A stretch of 64,000 nt of DNA. Source: a virus. Numbering within the stretch: position 1 is the first letter of the stretch; every line of letters begins with the position of its first letter. The notes under the pieces are model-generated. The model was given only the letters and a program-made list of their open reading frames with translations. It did not search any database and was not told where the DNA came from. The stretch spans positions 26,370 through 90,369 of the IMG/VR virus record IMGVR_UViG_3300034104_003795; one strand, 5' to 3'. Both the position numbers and the translations under genes were made by a program. Shown here in pieces: positions 46,269-55,738 of this stretch.

Positions 46269-46715
46269 TTATGATTCATAATCTTCTTCATCATCCCACA
46301 TATCATTATTCTCATCTTCATCATCATCACCATAAAAGAATCCCTGCTCATCACAACTATCAGGTCCACTCATTTGATAAACCCAACCATCAGCTTGCTC
46401 CACTAAATTAGGATAGTACACACCATCCGTTCCAACTCCACTGCCATTGTTTTTACCAAATGCTAAACTAATACCCTCTTGTCTCATATCAAAGGTATAT
46501 TTTTCACCACCCTCATAAACCGATGTTACTCCATTCATTTCAGCAAGTAATTCATAATAATCCTTACCACCAAATACACCATAACCATCGTAATCATCTT
46601 CGGTCCATACATTACCTTTGTTATCCATCATTTGTACTCTAAACGTTCTACGAATAGAATATTTGTTAGCGATACTCTTATCGGTATCTTGCGTTTTCCA
46701 ACTAAAAAATCCCAT
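46269..46715 (-). CDS. hypothetical protein with poly-acidic C-terminus (148 aa)
   Basis: 'DDDEDENNDMWDDEEDYES'. Confidence 0.45.
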   Translation of the reverse strand: MGFFSWKTQDTDKSIANKYSIRRTFRVQMMDNKGNVWTEDDYDGYGVFGGKDYYELLAEMNGVTSVYEGGEKYTFDMRQEGISLAFGKNNGSGVGTDGVYYPNLVEQADGWVYQMSGPDSCDEQGFFYGDDDEDENNDMWDDEEDYES

Positions 46716-46718
46716 AAC

Positions 46719-47060
46719 TTACTTTTTATTTTTTATTAATATAATATGTTTACAATCTTTACCACGTCCGAAACTATGCGCAGGACAACTACAATTCCAA
46801 ACACCTTCATCATTTATCACTTTGTAGGTATTACCTTTACTACCTGCTACTTCGTATTCCTTACGTTCTTTCTTAACAGGTTTTACTTTATCTTTAACAC
46901 CATACTCAATTTTATCCCAAAGTTTTTCCAACTCATCCCATCTATAACTTCTATCTACTTTTACCCAACCATCACCAGCGGAACTACATATGATATACCA
47001 TTGTTTACTGAATATACCTTGAAAGGATACCGGTGGAAAGTGTGAACGAAATCTTCTCAT
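46719..47060 (-). CDS. SWIM zinc-finger protein
   Basis: 'CSCPAHSFGRGKDCKHI' CxC...CxH. Confidence 0.45.
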   Translation of the reverse strand: MRRFRSHFPPVSFQGIFSKQWYIICSSAGDGWVKVDRSYRWDELEKLWDKIEYGVKDKVKPVKKERKEYEVAGSKGNTYKVINDEGVWNCSCPAHSFGRGKDCKHIILIKNKK

Positions 47061-47064
47061 TGTA

Positions 47065-47280
47065 TTATCTATATAGGGTTACAAAATGTCCGAAGTGTTT
47101 ATCAAAGGTTGCTACTAAATGTTCATAGTCACCTTTCATCATTTCGGCTTGGATAGCTTTACTATCTAATCCCAATTGTTTAGCCAAATTACTAGCTCTA
47201 CCAATTAACATAAACGCGTTACCATCAGGTCCCGTCAAATCAATTTCAATTCCTAAACTTTGTTTTTTACTTTTTATCAT
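47065..47280 (-). CDS. hypothetical protein (71 aa)
   Basis: ORF only. Confidence 0.4.
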   Translation of the reverse strand: MIKSKKQSLGIEIDLTGPDGNAFMLIGRASNLAKQLGLDSKAIQAEMMKGDYEHLVATFDKHFGHFVTLYR

Positions 47281-47297
47281 AACTTAATTTTTAACGA

Positions 47298-47510
47298 TTA
47301 ATAAAAGAAACTATTCCAAGCAATCCAATTCGGTACTTTGTACTTAACACCAACAAACTCCGGTTTAGGAAACTTATTGTAAGGTGATGGAACTGATTCA
47401 AATGTTGAATTCACTTTGTTTACTTTAACCAATCTTGCTCTACAAGTTGGTGATTGATTTTGAGAAGTATCTTTCCCAATAACCGATTTTAATTCTTCTA
47501 TCTTATTCAT
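47298..47510 (-). CDS. hypothetical protein (70 aa)
   Basis: ORF only. Confidence 0.4.
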   Translation of the reverse strand: MNKIEELKSVIGKDTSQNQSPTCRARLVKVNKVNSTFESVPSPYNKFPKPEFVGVKYKVPNWIAWNSFFY

Positions 47511-47513
47511 AAC

Positions 47514-47714
47514 TTAATATTTACTAATTTTCTTTTCGTATTGTTTTGTAATTGTGATTGATTTTAATTCAGGATTACTATTTGCTATTATCATAATAGT
47601 CGAATAACTCAATCCTTTAATTATAATCTTATCACCTGACTGTGATACTATTTCAATATCATGTGTTGTTTTGTAATTCATATTAGGCAACTTTATGATA
47701 AATTGTTTCACCAT
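47514..47714 (-). CDS. hypothetical protein (66 aa)
   Basis: ORF only. Confidence 0.4.
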   Translation of the reverse strand: MVKQFIIKLPNMNYKTTHDIEIVSQSGDKIIIKGLSYSTIMIIANSNPELKSITITKQYEKKISKY

Positions 47715-48213
47715 TAGAGAATCTAGCGGTAACTCCTAACTTCATAGAATAATCTTTGAATATATTTTCAGTTACTTCAACTAATTCATTCCTTAACTTC
47801 TCAGCTTTTTTCTCAGCCAATAAAGCGTAAGCTTTGATTTTAGAATTTGATAAAGCTGTATTGTATCCAATACCATTTTCTAATTCACCAATCTCATATT
47901 CATCACCATTGATAAAATAATGAGCGTTCCAATCCAAATTCACACCTTCATAGTAACCACTACGAATAACAGGTGAAACCCAAACTTCTAAACTGAAATC
48001 GTTGTATGAAAACTCTTTTGTTAATGAACCCAAAACACGTGAAGGAAAACTTCTACATTCGTGCGGGTCACTTTTGTTACCATCGTACCAATCGGCGTGG
48101 TTTTTAAATTCATAAGTAAGATTATCTACTAAATCTTCATAATCCCATTCGTTCTCTAATGAACACGCGAAAATGTGGGTAGCGTTTACATTGTGGAAAT
48201 TGCTTGTAGCCAT
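47683..48213 (-). CDS. hypothetical protein (176 aa)
   Basis: first gene after large regulatory intergenic region 48214-48571. Confidence 0.45.
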   Translation of the reverse strand: MATSNFHNVNATHIFACSLENEWDYEDLVDNLTYEFKNHADWYDGNKSDPHECRSFPSRVLGSLTKEFSYNDFSLEVWVSPVIRSGYYEGVNLDWNAHYFINGDEYEIGELENGIGYNTALSNSKIKAYALLAEKKAEKLRNELVEVTENIFKDYSMKLGVTARFSNGETIYHKVA

Positions 48214-48307
48214 AATTTTTAAGTTTTATTACATCGTAAAACTACAAAAAAGGCATGAAACTACCAAATATTTTAGGGGTTATTTTTAGGGGTAAAGACG
48301 TAACTAA

Positions 48308-48391
48308 TTGATTCTCAATCAAGAATTTTTTAGGGGGCGTAACTGATTGATTTTCAATGATTTATAACTCATTGATTATCAACGAGTTAGA
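48308..48391. promoter_or_regulatory. cluster of three palindromic motifs: ATTGATTCTCAATCAAGAATTTTTT, TGATTGATTTTCAATGATTTAT, CTCATTGATTATCAACGAGTT
   Basis: same three-part arrangement as 52375-52463; upstream of minus-strand operon. Confidence 0.5.
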
Positions 48392-48571
48392 ATCTCTCCT
48401 TTTTAACGTCCTTTATTATCTGATGAACTGATAATTCCGGGTGCTCCTTTGCATAAGCTATTACTCTTAAAATGAATATAGCAACTTCATCTTTTTTTTC
48501 TAATTTCTTAACCAAATTTATTAGGTCATCTAAATTCTCATAAAACTTACCCATAGGTTATAATTTATTAA

Positions 48572-48898
48572 TTAATCTATCCACTGTGAACGATGTGTTT
48601 TATGTCCCCTCACATTTAATTCAGGAACTTTTGCGGTAATATGTTTAGCCGCTTCTTTTAACTTATCATTACGAACCATCTCACCTTCTCTACCAATTTC
48701 TTTTGCTCTTTTTAATTGCTTTGTTGACAGATTCCCACCCATAGTTACTGATGCGAACTTCTTAACGTGATACTGGTCCAAAGGTACTGATTGTTCTTTT
48801 AGGTATGCCGATTTACTATCCAAATATTCAAAGAAAGCATCTTCGGATAATTCCTTCATTTGCTCATCGGTTAATTCTTGTTCAGGATTATATTTCAT
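48572..48898 (-). CDS. hypothetical protein (108 aa)
   Basis: ORF only. Confidence 0.45.
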   Translation of the reverse strand: MKYNPEQELTDEQMKELSEDAFFEYLDSKSAYLKEQSVPLDQYHVKKFASVTMGGNLSTKQLKRAKEIGREGEMVRNDKLKEAAKHITAKVPELNVRGHKTHRSQWID

Positions 48899-48916
48899 AA
48901 GTGTATAAATATTAAG

Positions 48917-49129
48917 TTAATCATTTACTATTTCAGCTTCGGATACTTCGTTTACTAAATAGTGGGTATCATCCGGTCCTCTCAATAGTTTTTCTACACA
49001 ATAGTATTCACATACTTCTTGTGCATTGAATTTGTTTGAGAATAAACCTTGCACAAACCAACTATCTGCTTTGAACTTTCTTTTCACTATCCACAAAGAG
49101 TTGTTAGCGTTTAAAAATTCTATTTGCAT
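48917..49129 (-). CDS. hypothetical protein (70 aa)
   Basis: ORF only. Confidence 0.4.
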   Translation of the reverse strand: MQIEFLNANNSLWIVKRKFKADSWFVQGLFSNKFNAQEVCEYYCVEKLLRGPDDTHYLVNEVSEAEIVND

Positions 49130-49488
49130 ACTTTATACCAATTTAAATCTTCCATTATAAATGCCTGTTTTTCGTATGGGTGATTATTGTATTTGTATCC
49201 CATATTATAATAGCGTGTCATCCATCTAGGATCCTGTAAATAATGTGTGTATTCGTGCACTATTGTTTTTGCCAAATCACTTTTTGATGTTATATTTTTT
49301 GAATAGATTATAATTTCGTTTTCTTCTGGGTCATACTCACCATGCCATTCGTTATCTATACCTTCCGATTCCGGAGTTTTTTCTATAACTAAATACGGCG
49401 TATGTGTATGGTATTTACTTTCACCCAAAAGTTCAACAGTCCTATCAAAATATAATTCAGCCAATCTCTCCACTTCTTTTTTATTCAT
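49120..49488 (-). CDS. putative zinc metallopeptidase-like protein (HExxH), paralog of 21645-22001
   Basis: 'TIVHEYTHYLQDPRWMTRYY'. Confidence 0.5.
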   Translation of the reverse strand: MNKKEVERLAELYFDRTVELLGESKYHTHTPYLVIEKTPESEGIDNEWHGEYDPEENEIIIYSKNITSKSDLAKTIVHEYTHYLQDPRWMTRYYNMGYKYNNHPYEKQAFIMEDLNWYKVCK

Positions 49489-49795
49489 AATTTTGTATTT
49501 TAGCTGATAACAGCTTTTTAAATGTATCCATTCTTTTTAGGTCTAATTTAGACATATCAAATATCTCAATTGGATTCCATTGGTTATCTATATAGACACC
49601 GCATGCAATACGTTTATCCAACATCGTAATAACAATAGTAAATGCTTTATTATCCTGATTACCACCACTAACAGGATTCAGTCTTAATGTATGTGATTGT
49701 GGTGCAACTGTCATAGTATCTTTACAAACTTCATACATTACATTGTTAGTATAAAGATGTTCACCATAAATTTTATTCCAATTTTCTATTAACAT
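49481..49795 (-). CDS. hypothetical protein (104 aa)
   Basis: ORF only. Confidence 0.45.
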   Translation of the reverse strand: MLIENWNKIYGEHLYTNNVMYEVCKDTMTVAPQSHTLRLNPVSGGNQDNKAFTIVITMLDKRIACGVYIDNQWNPIEIFDMSKLDLKRMDTFKKLLSAKIQNYE

Positions 49796-49961
49796 AATTT
49801 ATTATTTAATCCATTCATAATATGCATGTTGGTATGCCTCTACGGGTGTAAAACCTTCACTAATATATCTTTGTGCGTATTCCTCAACTTCTACTCTCAA
49901 TCCATATGCAGATGCTTCTTCTAATATCAATTCAATATCCATTTGTTCATCTATTGTAATA

Positions 49962-50177
49962 CTATTTGTCATTGTTTTCTCTTTTAATAGTTACATTTGA
50001 TTTGAAAAGAATATTTGCCAAAAAGTTTATACCCATAGCTTGATATAATGTAATTTGCGTTACACCAAATATATTAGGCATCAACCAATTCCATAACCAC
50101 ATTGTTGGAAATGCCAAAATGATTGCTGATAATAACAGCAATCCTACTACAATTAAAAATGCTTCTAATGCTTTCAT
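49962..50177 (-). CDS. small membrane protein (71 aa)
   Basis: hydrophobic helices. Confidence 0.4.
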   Translation of the reverse strand: MKALEAFLIVVGLLLLSAIILAFPTMWLWNWLMPNIFGVTQITLYQAMGINFLANILFKSNVTIKRENNDK

Positions 50178-50178
50178 T

Positions 50179-50448
50179 TTATGATATGTTTGTTGTTAAT
50201 AATTCATCGGTATCACTATAAAATAATTCAGCAGTTGATTCGCCACCATTATCACCGGGTTCCATATCGGTTTCAGTACCATATAAACTTTCACTATCTT
50301 CATAGGTATTATCAAAATTATCATTTTTGAAACACTCAATCATTTTAGTTTTAGCTTCATCCAATGTCTCACATTCAATTGTGTGATGTTCCCTTACCCA
50401 CATTGTTATTTTCTTATCAATGTAGAAATTAAATTTTTCGTTACTCAT
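50179..50448 (-). CDS. acidic hypothetical protein (89 aa)
   Basis: ORF only. Confidence 0.4.
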   Translation of the reverse strand: MSNEKFNFYIDKKITMWVREHHTIECETLDEAKTKMIECFKNDNFDNTYEDSESLYGTETDMEPGDNGGESTAELFYSDTDELLTTNIS

Positions 50449-50466
50449 AATTTTTATTTTTAATTT

Positions 50467-50730
50467 TTAAAACCCACCAACAAAGCAATTAGCTTTACAC
50501 ATTGTTAATAAATAAATGTTGTTTCTACAATCGACATCTGCTCTACTCATAGCAAGGTACAAGTTGTTATCAACTACGGCCTGTACAAACCCGCCACCGG
50601 CGTAGGAACTCTTATCACGTGTACACATAATAGAAACCATAACATCCAAAATATGTTCACTTACATTTGTGAACCCATAATCAATAGCGAATTGAGTAGC
50701 TCGCTCTCTACATTGTTCTCTAATATCCAT
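50467..50730 (-). CDS. hypothetical protein (87 aa)
   Basis: ORF only. Confidence 0.4.
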   Translation of the reverse strand: MDIREQCRERATQFAIDYGFTNVSEHILDVMVSIMCTRDKSSYAGGGFVQAVVDNNLYLAMSRADVDCRNNIYLLTMCKANCFVGGF

Positions 50731-50752
50731 AACTTTATTTTTATTGTTTTAA

Positions 50753-50965
50753 TTAATCAATTTCTCCAAACATTCTAATCCATTCCTCGTGTGTAATTCC
50801 CGTCATAAGAAACTCTCTATCTTCCATAGATAAGTTGGGAACAATATTCTGAATTAATTCAGAAGTATTCCGTCTACTTTCAATTCTAAGCAATTGCTCC
50901 GGCGTAACATCAATGTTTAATGTATTTTCTTTACCGGTCAAACTACTTATTTTTGTAACATTCAT
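50753..50965 (-). CDS. hypothetical protein (70 aa)
   Basis: ORF only. Confidence 0.4.
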   Translation of the reverse strand: MNVTKISSLTGKENTLNIDVTPEQLLRIESRRNTSELIQNIVPNLSMEDREFLMTGITHEEWIRMFGEID

Positions 50966-51006
50966 ATCTTTATCGTTTTTATTTATTACTATTTTTATTG
51001 TTTTAA

Positions 51007-51738
51007 TTAATCAATTTCAACTACTACCCAATTTGATGGATTCGCTACCTTAATGATATATTTAGCATCGGTATATCTTTTACCTTCTTTAGCTATATAT
51101 CTTTGTGTTTTACGATTCTTATAAGGAGTTCTCAATGATTGTAAAATGTGTGAGAAACTATTAGAACCGGTAAGTTGTTTGTAGTATGTTTCCAATTCAC
51201 CATGCGATACTGCACCTTTCCTATCCACATAATCTAAAAGAGCTTGTGTAATATATCCACGTTCTCTTATATTTTTTAAGTGGTTATCGTAATCTTTACT
51301 AACCGATGATTCATATCTATCTGAATCTTGTTGCAACGTTGAACGATAATCTTCATCGGCTTCTTCGTTACTTACAAAATGTGAATTCGTATTATCAAAC
51401 ACATTCACATCTAAAAGGTCCTGATAGGTATATTTTTCAATACCACCATTACAGTTGTATATAGTTAAGGTCTTTCCATCCCAATCCCAATCTTCATAAT
51501 CATCACCATTTTTAAGCCATCTTTGAATAGCATCCAATTGTGATTGAGTTGGTTCATCAAACCAATCTGATTCACTAACTTCTTCATCAATAGCTTCTTC
51601 GGCTATTTTAGAATTCAATTCACCATATAATTTTTCTAACAAAGATTCATTAACTTCTTTATTAACAAAGTTACCATTATGGTAGGTAATACCCAACGAA
51701 TAAATGAGTTCGTTAATCTCTTTAATACTTAAATTCAT
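51007..51738 (-). CDS. hypothetical protein
   Basis: ORF-track frame extends to 51828 and overlaps the next gene; internal Met (MNLSIKEINELIY) gives non-overlapping start. Confidence 0.45.
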   Translation of the reverse strand: MNLSIKEINELIYSLGITYHNGNFVNKEVNESLLEKLYGELNSKIAEEAIDEEVSESDWFDEPTQSQLDAIQRWLKNGDDYEDWDWDGKTLTIYNCNGGIEKYTYQDLLDVNVFDNTNSHFVSNEEADEDYRSTLQQDSDRYESSVSKDYDNHLKNIRERGYITQALLDYVDRKGAVSHGELETYYKQLTGSNSFSHILQSLRTPYKNRKTQRYIAKEGKRYTDAKYIIKVANPSNWVVVEID

Positions 51739-51742
51739 ATTC

Positions 51743-52021
51743 TTATTTTTTACTTTTATAATATTGAAATAATTCAGCCCAACCACTACAAGCATCCCAA
51801 TCGTACTTATAGAATGTTTTTGTACCAAATGATACTGAACCGATACATTCAGGTCTACCGCCTAACTTTGATTCGTTCATATCCTTTAACTTTAAGAACT
51901 TCTTATAACCGGACATCAAATCTTTACCATCCGAATTTTCCATAAGGTTACATACCAAAGGATACTTTTTAAGGAAAGCTACACAAGCCTTCTCATTAAC
52001 TTTAAAAACTAGCTTATTCAT
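51743..52021 (-). CDS. hypothetical protein (92 aa)
   Basis: ORF only. Confidence 0.45.
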   Translation of the reverse strand: MNKLVFKVNEKACVAFLKKYPLVCNLMENSDGKDLMSGYKKFLKLKDMNESKLGGRPECIGSVSFGTKTFYKYDWDACSGWAELFQYYKSKK

Positions 52022-52027
52022 ATTTTA

Positions 52028-52282
52028 TTATTTATTATCAATTAAGTAAATTGTACCTTTAACATAAGGACCACCCCATCTTTGATATTCAAATAATTCA
52101 TTCCATAACCAATCACAATAGTCATCGGTTACACCTTTAGTCAAATCTTCATTAAAGAATGTTATTGCTTTAACAAACTTCAATCTTCGTTTAGCTAATT
52201 GCGGGTTAATACTTACTTCAATCATAGCATCGTTCAAATGTGAACCCACTATAATACCTAAATTTGTTTCAAAACTACTCAT
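52028..52282 (-). CDS. hypothetical protein (84 aa)
   Basis: first gene after regulatory intergenic region. Confidence 0.4.
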   Translation of the reverse strand: MSSFETNLGIIVGSHLNDAMIEVSINPQLAKRRLKFVKAITFFNEDLTKGVTDDYCDWLWNELFEYQRWGGPYVKGTIYLIDNK

Positions 52283-52374
52283 ATTTTCAATCTTTATTAT
52301 ACCTAAAACTACAAAATAGTTACCAATCTACCAAATATTTAAGGGACTATTTTTACCCCTAAAAGCGTAACTAA

Positions 52375-52463
52375 TTGATTCTCAATCAAGAATTTTTGGG
52401 CAAAAAATAACCCATTGAAAATCAATGAGTTATGAATGTGTTGAAAATCAATGAGTTATGAAT
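52375..52463. promoter_or_regulatory. cluster of three palindromic motifs: ATTGATTCTCAATCAAGAATTTTT, CATTGAAAATCAATGAGTTATGAAT x2
   Basis: same motif family and same arrangement as 48308-48391. Confidence 0.5.
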
Positions 52464-52789
52464 TATCCATAATTTTCCCAATAATATTGCCTTACAGCTC
52501 CACCCAATTCCATATCATTAGGATATTGTTCAACTAGGTATTTAGGTATTGAAATAAGTTCTCTACCCGCTGAACTTCCTTTGGTATAACAAATACCACA
52601 AAGTTGTCCAACTCCTTCTACATATCCAGTTCTTATATCAATATGTGTGCTTGTTTTATATTGTGTTTTCTTTCCACAAATTACACAATTATCATATTGA
52701 ACGTCATCTTTAATTGTAGTAAATGCAGGATTAATTCCTGTTACTAAATTATCTTCTCCAATTTGTAATGTTACGTGATGTTCTCCCAT
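52463..52789 (-). CDS. hypothetical Cys-rich protein (108 aa)
   Basis: 'CVICGKK...CGICYTKGS'. Confidence 0.45.
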   Translation of the reverse strand: MGEHHVTLQIGEDNLVTGINPAFTTIKDDVQYDNCVICGKKTQYKTSTHIDIRTGYVEGVGQLCGICYTKGSSAGRELISIPKYLVEQYPNDMELGGAVRQYYWENYG

Positions 52790-52825
52790 AGTATTAATAT
52801 TTATTGTTTATATAAATATATAGTT

Positions 52826-53257
52826 CTATTTTGAATTTTCCAAATCTAAATTGGCAGTGTACCATTCTAATATTTCTTCACCTGCTATTATATCCCTAGT
52901 TGCAACTCCATCTGTTGTTATATTAATATTTTCTTCATTTGGATATGCCGAATTACAATACGATACCGAATGACAAATGAAATTTATCCCTTTAAACAAT
53001 CTAAATAATTTATAACCACAATCTTCGTTTATAAAATACATATCCAAAAGGTCTTGTACCCCTTCTGGTAAATTTTTTAATTTATCTTTGGGAAGCATAT
53101 ACACACCCGTTTCTCCATCCCATTGTGGAAATACTTGCTCTCCTTTTTTTATATCTTTAATTGCAAATACACCTATCCCGTGAATTGGTGATGGTGCAAT
53201 TTTGCTTTTCACATTCATTTCTAAATGGTCTATAACCTTTTGTATATTTGTATTCAT
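52826..53257 (-). CDS. SET-domain protein (putative lysine methyltransferase)
   Basis: 'HGIGVFAIKDIKKGEQVF', 'FICHSVSYCNSAYPNE' (NHSCxPN-like), C-terminal 'EILEWY' (ELxxDY-like). Confidence 0.5.
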   Translation of the reverse strand: MNTNIQKVIDHLEMNVKSKIAPSPIHGIGVFAIKDIKKGEQVFPQWDGETGVYMLPKDKLKNLPEGVQDLLDMYFINEDCGYKLFRLFKGINFICHSVSYCNSAYPNEENINITTDGVATRDIIAGEEILEWYTANLDLENSK

Positions 53258-54792
53258 TAACTATAAAATTTTCCTGACATTAAATTCTTTATAAATTGTT
53301 CCTGTGTTTGTAATAACTTAGCTCCTTCATCCGCACGTCTTATAATTTTAGTGTGTAGTTGTTTTGTATAATGTATAAGAGAATATTTTTTTAATGTATT
53401 AAATACTGCGGGTTTAGATAGAGTTTCCAATCCGTACAATGTCCAACACCAAACACCCCAACCAGATGAACCATTGTAACTGGAAAAATCAAATGTAGAA
53501 GGACTTCTATATTTACAAATTTCTATGATATTTTTTACAAAATCACTCATTGGTAATTCGTTATTACAAAACTTCCAAAATTCTGAATCATTTCGTTTAT
53601 TATAGTAATGGATTCGTATTAGGTCTTTATACTCATCTACCAGAGTTCCCATAACCTCATTGTATCGTTTTAAATTTTGTTCTAAAAAAAATTCTTTTTT
53701 ATTTAAAGAAAAGAAATTACTGAATAACGTATCAACTTGTAATAACGTTGTATGAATTGACGTAGCTTGAAGTGGTTCTAAAAATGAAGATGATAATCCT
53801 ATCGCTACAACATTTTTAATCCAAAATTTATCTAATCTACCTGGATCAAAACTTAATTTTCTTATCGGTTGTATTTTCCTACCAGTTGTTTTTTCCAATT
53901 CTTCAAGCGCCTTATCATCACTTACAAATTTATCGCAATATACATAACCACATCCATATCTTTCTTGCGTTGGTATTTGCCACATCCAACCATTCGGCAT
54001 TGACCAAGCCAAAGTTTCTAATTTAGCTTCTTCCGGTCCTTTTTCGTATTGATGTATATAAGGTAATGCGGAATTTACGGGAAGTTCATTTGAATAACTT
54101 ATCCATTTTGCACCCATTTTATTAATTAACTTCTTATGAAATCCAGTACAATCTATCCAAAAGTCTGCCTCTAACGGAATTAAGTTACCTTCCAATTTTA
54201 CGCTATCACATTCACCTGTTATTGGATTTATATTAACATCATCAACTTTAGCATCTATGTGTTTTACACCGTTTTCTATACAAACACTTTTAAAATATTC
54301 ACCAACTTTATGGGCATCAAAGTGATAACCATGTATACCCATATTTTCTTTACCGTTAATGTGATAATCCGATATTCCTCTGGACATAAAATGTCCCGCT
54401 ATGGATGAATCATAAAAATTACCCTGCATACAGGAAGCAAGAAATTCACTATCTACGTTATATCCCGCGGTTTCAGACGGTTGTATGGGACTTAAAAATT
54501 CAGTACCAACCCCATTCCAATCTTTAAAACGTATTCCGTATTTTGGCACTGCACGTGACCCTTTAAAAAAGTTAAATTCAGTTTTTTTCAAAGCAGAAAA
54601 ACGAGTAGCTACCATTTGTTGCATTAACGCAGTAGTTCCTTCTCCGGCCCCGATAATTGGTATATCGGAACTTTCAATTACAGTAATATCTATTTGCTCT
54701 AATCTATCCTGTTTGTATAATTGGTTTTGATTTGCAAAGAATGCCGCAGTCAACCAACCCGCTGTTCCCCCACCTACTATAACAATTTTCAT
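53257..54792 (-). CDS. flavin-dependent halogenase (tryptophan-halogenase family)
   Basis: N-terminal FAD fold 'MKIVIVGGGTAGWLTAAFFA'; 'IIGAGEGTT'; diagnostic 'GWMWQIP' (WxWxIP); 'SFLEPLQATSI' (= F(I/L)EPLxSTGI motif). Confidence 0.75.
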   Translation of the reverse strand: MKIVIVGGGTAGWLTAAFFANQNQLYKQDRLEQIDITVIESSDIPIIGAGEGTTALMQQMVATRFSALKKTEFNFFKGSRAVPKYGIRFKDWNGVGTEFLSPIQPSETAGYNVDSEFLASCMQGNFYDSSIAGHFMSRGISDYHINGKENMGIHGYHFDAHKVGEYFKSVCIENGVKHIDAKVDDVNINPITGECDSVKLEGNLIPLEADFWIDCTGFHKKLINKMGAKWISYSNELPVNSALPYIHQYEKGPEEAKLETLAWSMPNGWMWQIPTQERYGCGYVYCDKFVSDDKALEELEKTTGRKIQPIRKLSFDPGRLDKFWIKNVVAIGLSSSFLEPLQATSIHTTLLQVDTLFSNFFSLNKKEFFLEQNLKRYNEVMGTLVDEYKDLIRIHYYNKRNDSEFWKFCNNELPMSDFVKNIIEICKYRSPSTFDFSSYNGSSGWGVWCWTLYGLETLSKPAVFNTLKKYSLIHYTKQLHTKIIRRADEGAKLLQTQEQFIKNLMSGKFYS

Positions 54793-54797
54793 ATATT

Positions 54798-55007
54798 TTA
54801 TTTTTTAGTTTCTTCCATATTACCAACATATTGATATACATCCCATAATCTTCCTAATGCGTATTCCAATTGAAATTTAAGTTCACTATCAGTTTCCGTT
54901 AATGGATGTTCTACACAATGGTCATTTAGGGTACACATTATAACATGCAATCTGTCCATCAATTCTAAATAGTGTCCATCATTAATTTTTGTTTCATTTT
55001 CTGGCAT
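54798..55007 (-). CDS. hypothetical protein (69 aa)
   Basis: ORF only. Confidence 0.4.
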   Translation of the reverse strand: MPENETKINDGHYLELMDRLHVIMCTLNDHCVEHPLTETDSELKFQLEYALGRLWDVYQYVGNMEETKK

Positions 55008-55018
55008 ATATCATTTGT

Positions 55019-55735
55019 TTAAAATTCAGTTATACATCCTGTATTTTTGAAATTACTTCTATAATGAACCCGAATACCTCTGTCTTTTTGAGTTGCTATG
55101 TATGGTTTAAGTTCATTAATATCAAATATGTCAAACCATTTTTTCATATAACTATCCCAAGATATAGTGTTACATATATCAAACATTTTTTCAATTGAAT
55201 AGTTTTCTTTTTGTTGAACATATGCCATACCAAGACTTGATTCAGGTGTATTATTATTCCTTAAATTGTTAATTAGATTGTCTTTTGTTTTATTAAACAT
55301 GATTTTCATATTCTCAACAGTACCACATATTATATGGTCTCCTATGTGAAATGGATATGGACAATTCAATGGTCTAAAAAACATAGAACTACATAATAGT
55401 TTTTCATCTGACTTTAATGAATGGAACATCTTATCAATATCGGTCCAGTATTCATCACCTCTAACTTTAATAGCATATTTTGTTTCAGTTAAATTCAATC
55501 CATTTAAAGTTGATACCAATTGATATTCTAAGTTTTGCATATGTCCCTGTCCGGCGAATTCAAAATCAACTCCATCTGCTTTTACCACTTTCCAATTTGA
55601 TGGTATTTCAAATGGTATAGTATAATCATTCCAAGTTGATATGATAACTTTATGATTTGAATAATTTTCAATCCACATTTTCAATGGCTCATCTTCACAT
55701 CTTCCTTGTATTATAATTGTTAAATCATTTATCAT
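55019..55735 (-). CDS. hypothetical protein (238 aa), possibly glycosyltransferase-like
   Basis: in-operon ORF; no firm motif. Confidence 0.4.
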   Translation of the reverse strand: MINDLTIIIQGRCEDEPLKMWIENYSNHKVIISTWNDYTIPFEIPSNWKVVKADGVDFEFAGQGHMQNLEYQLVSTLNGLNLTETKYAIKVRGDEYWTDIDKMFHSLKSDEKLLCSSMFFRPLNCPYPFHIGDHIICGTVENMKIMFNKTKDNLINNLRNNNTPESSLGMAYVQQKENYSIEKMFDICNTISWDSYMKKWFDIFDINELKPYIATQKDRGIRVHYRSNFKNTGCITEF

Positions 55736-55738
55736 ATT

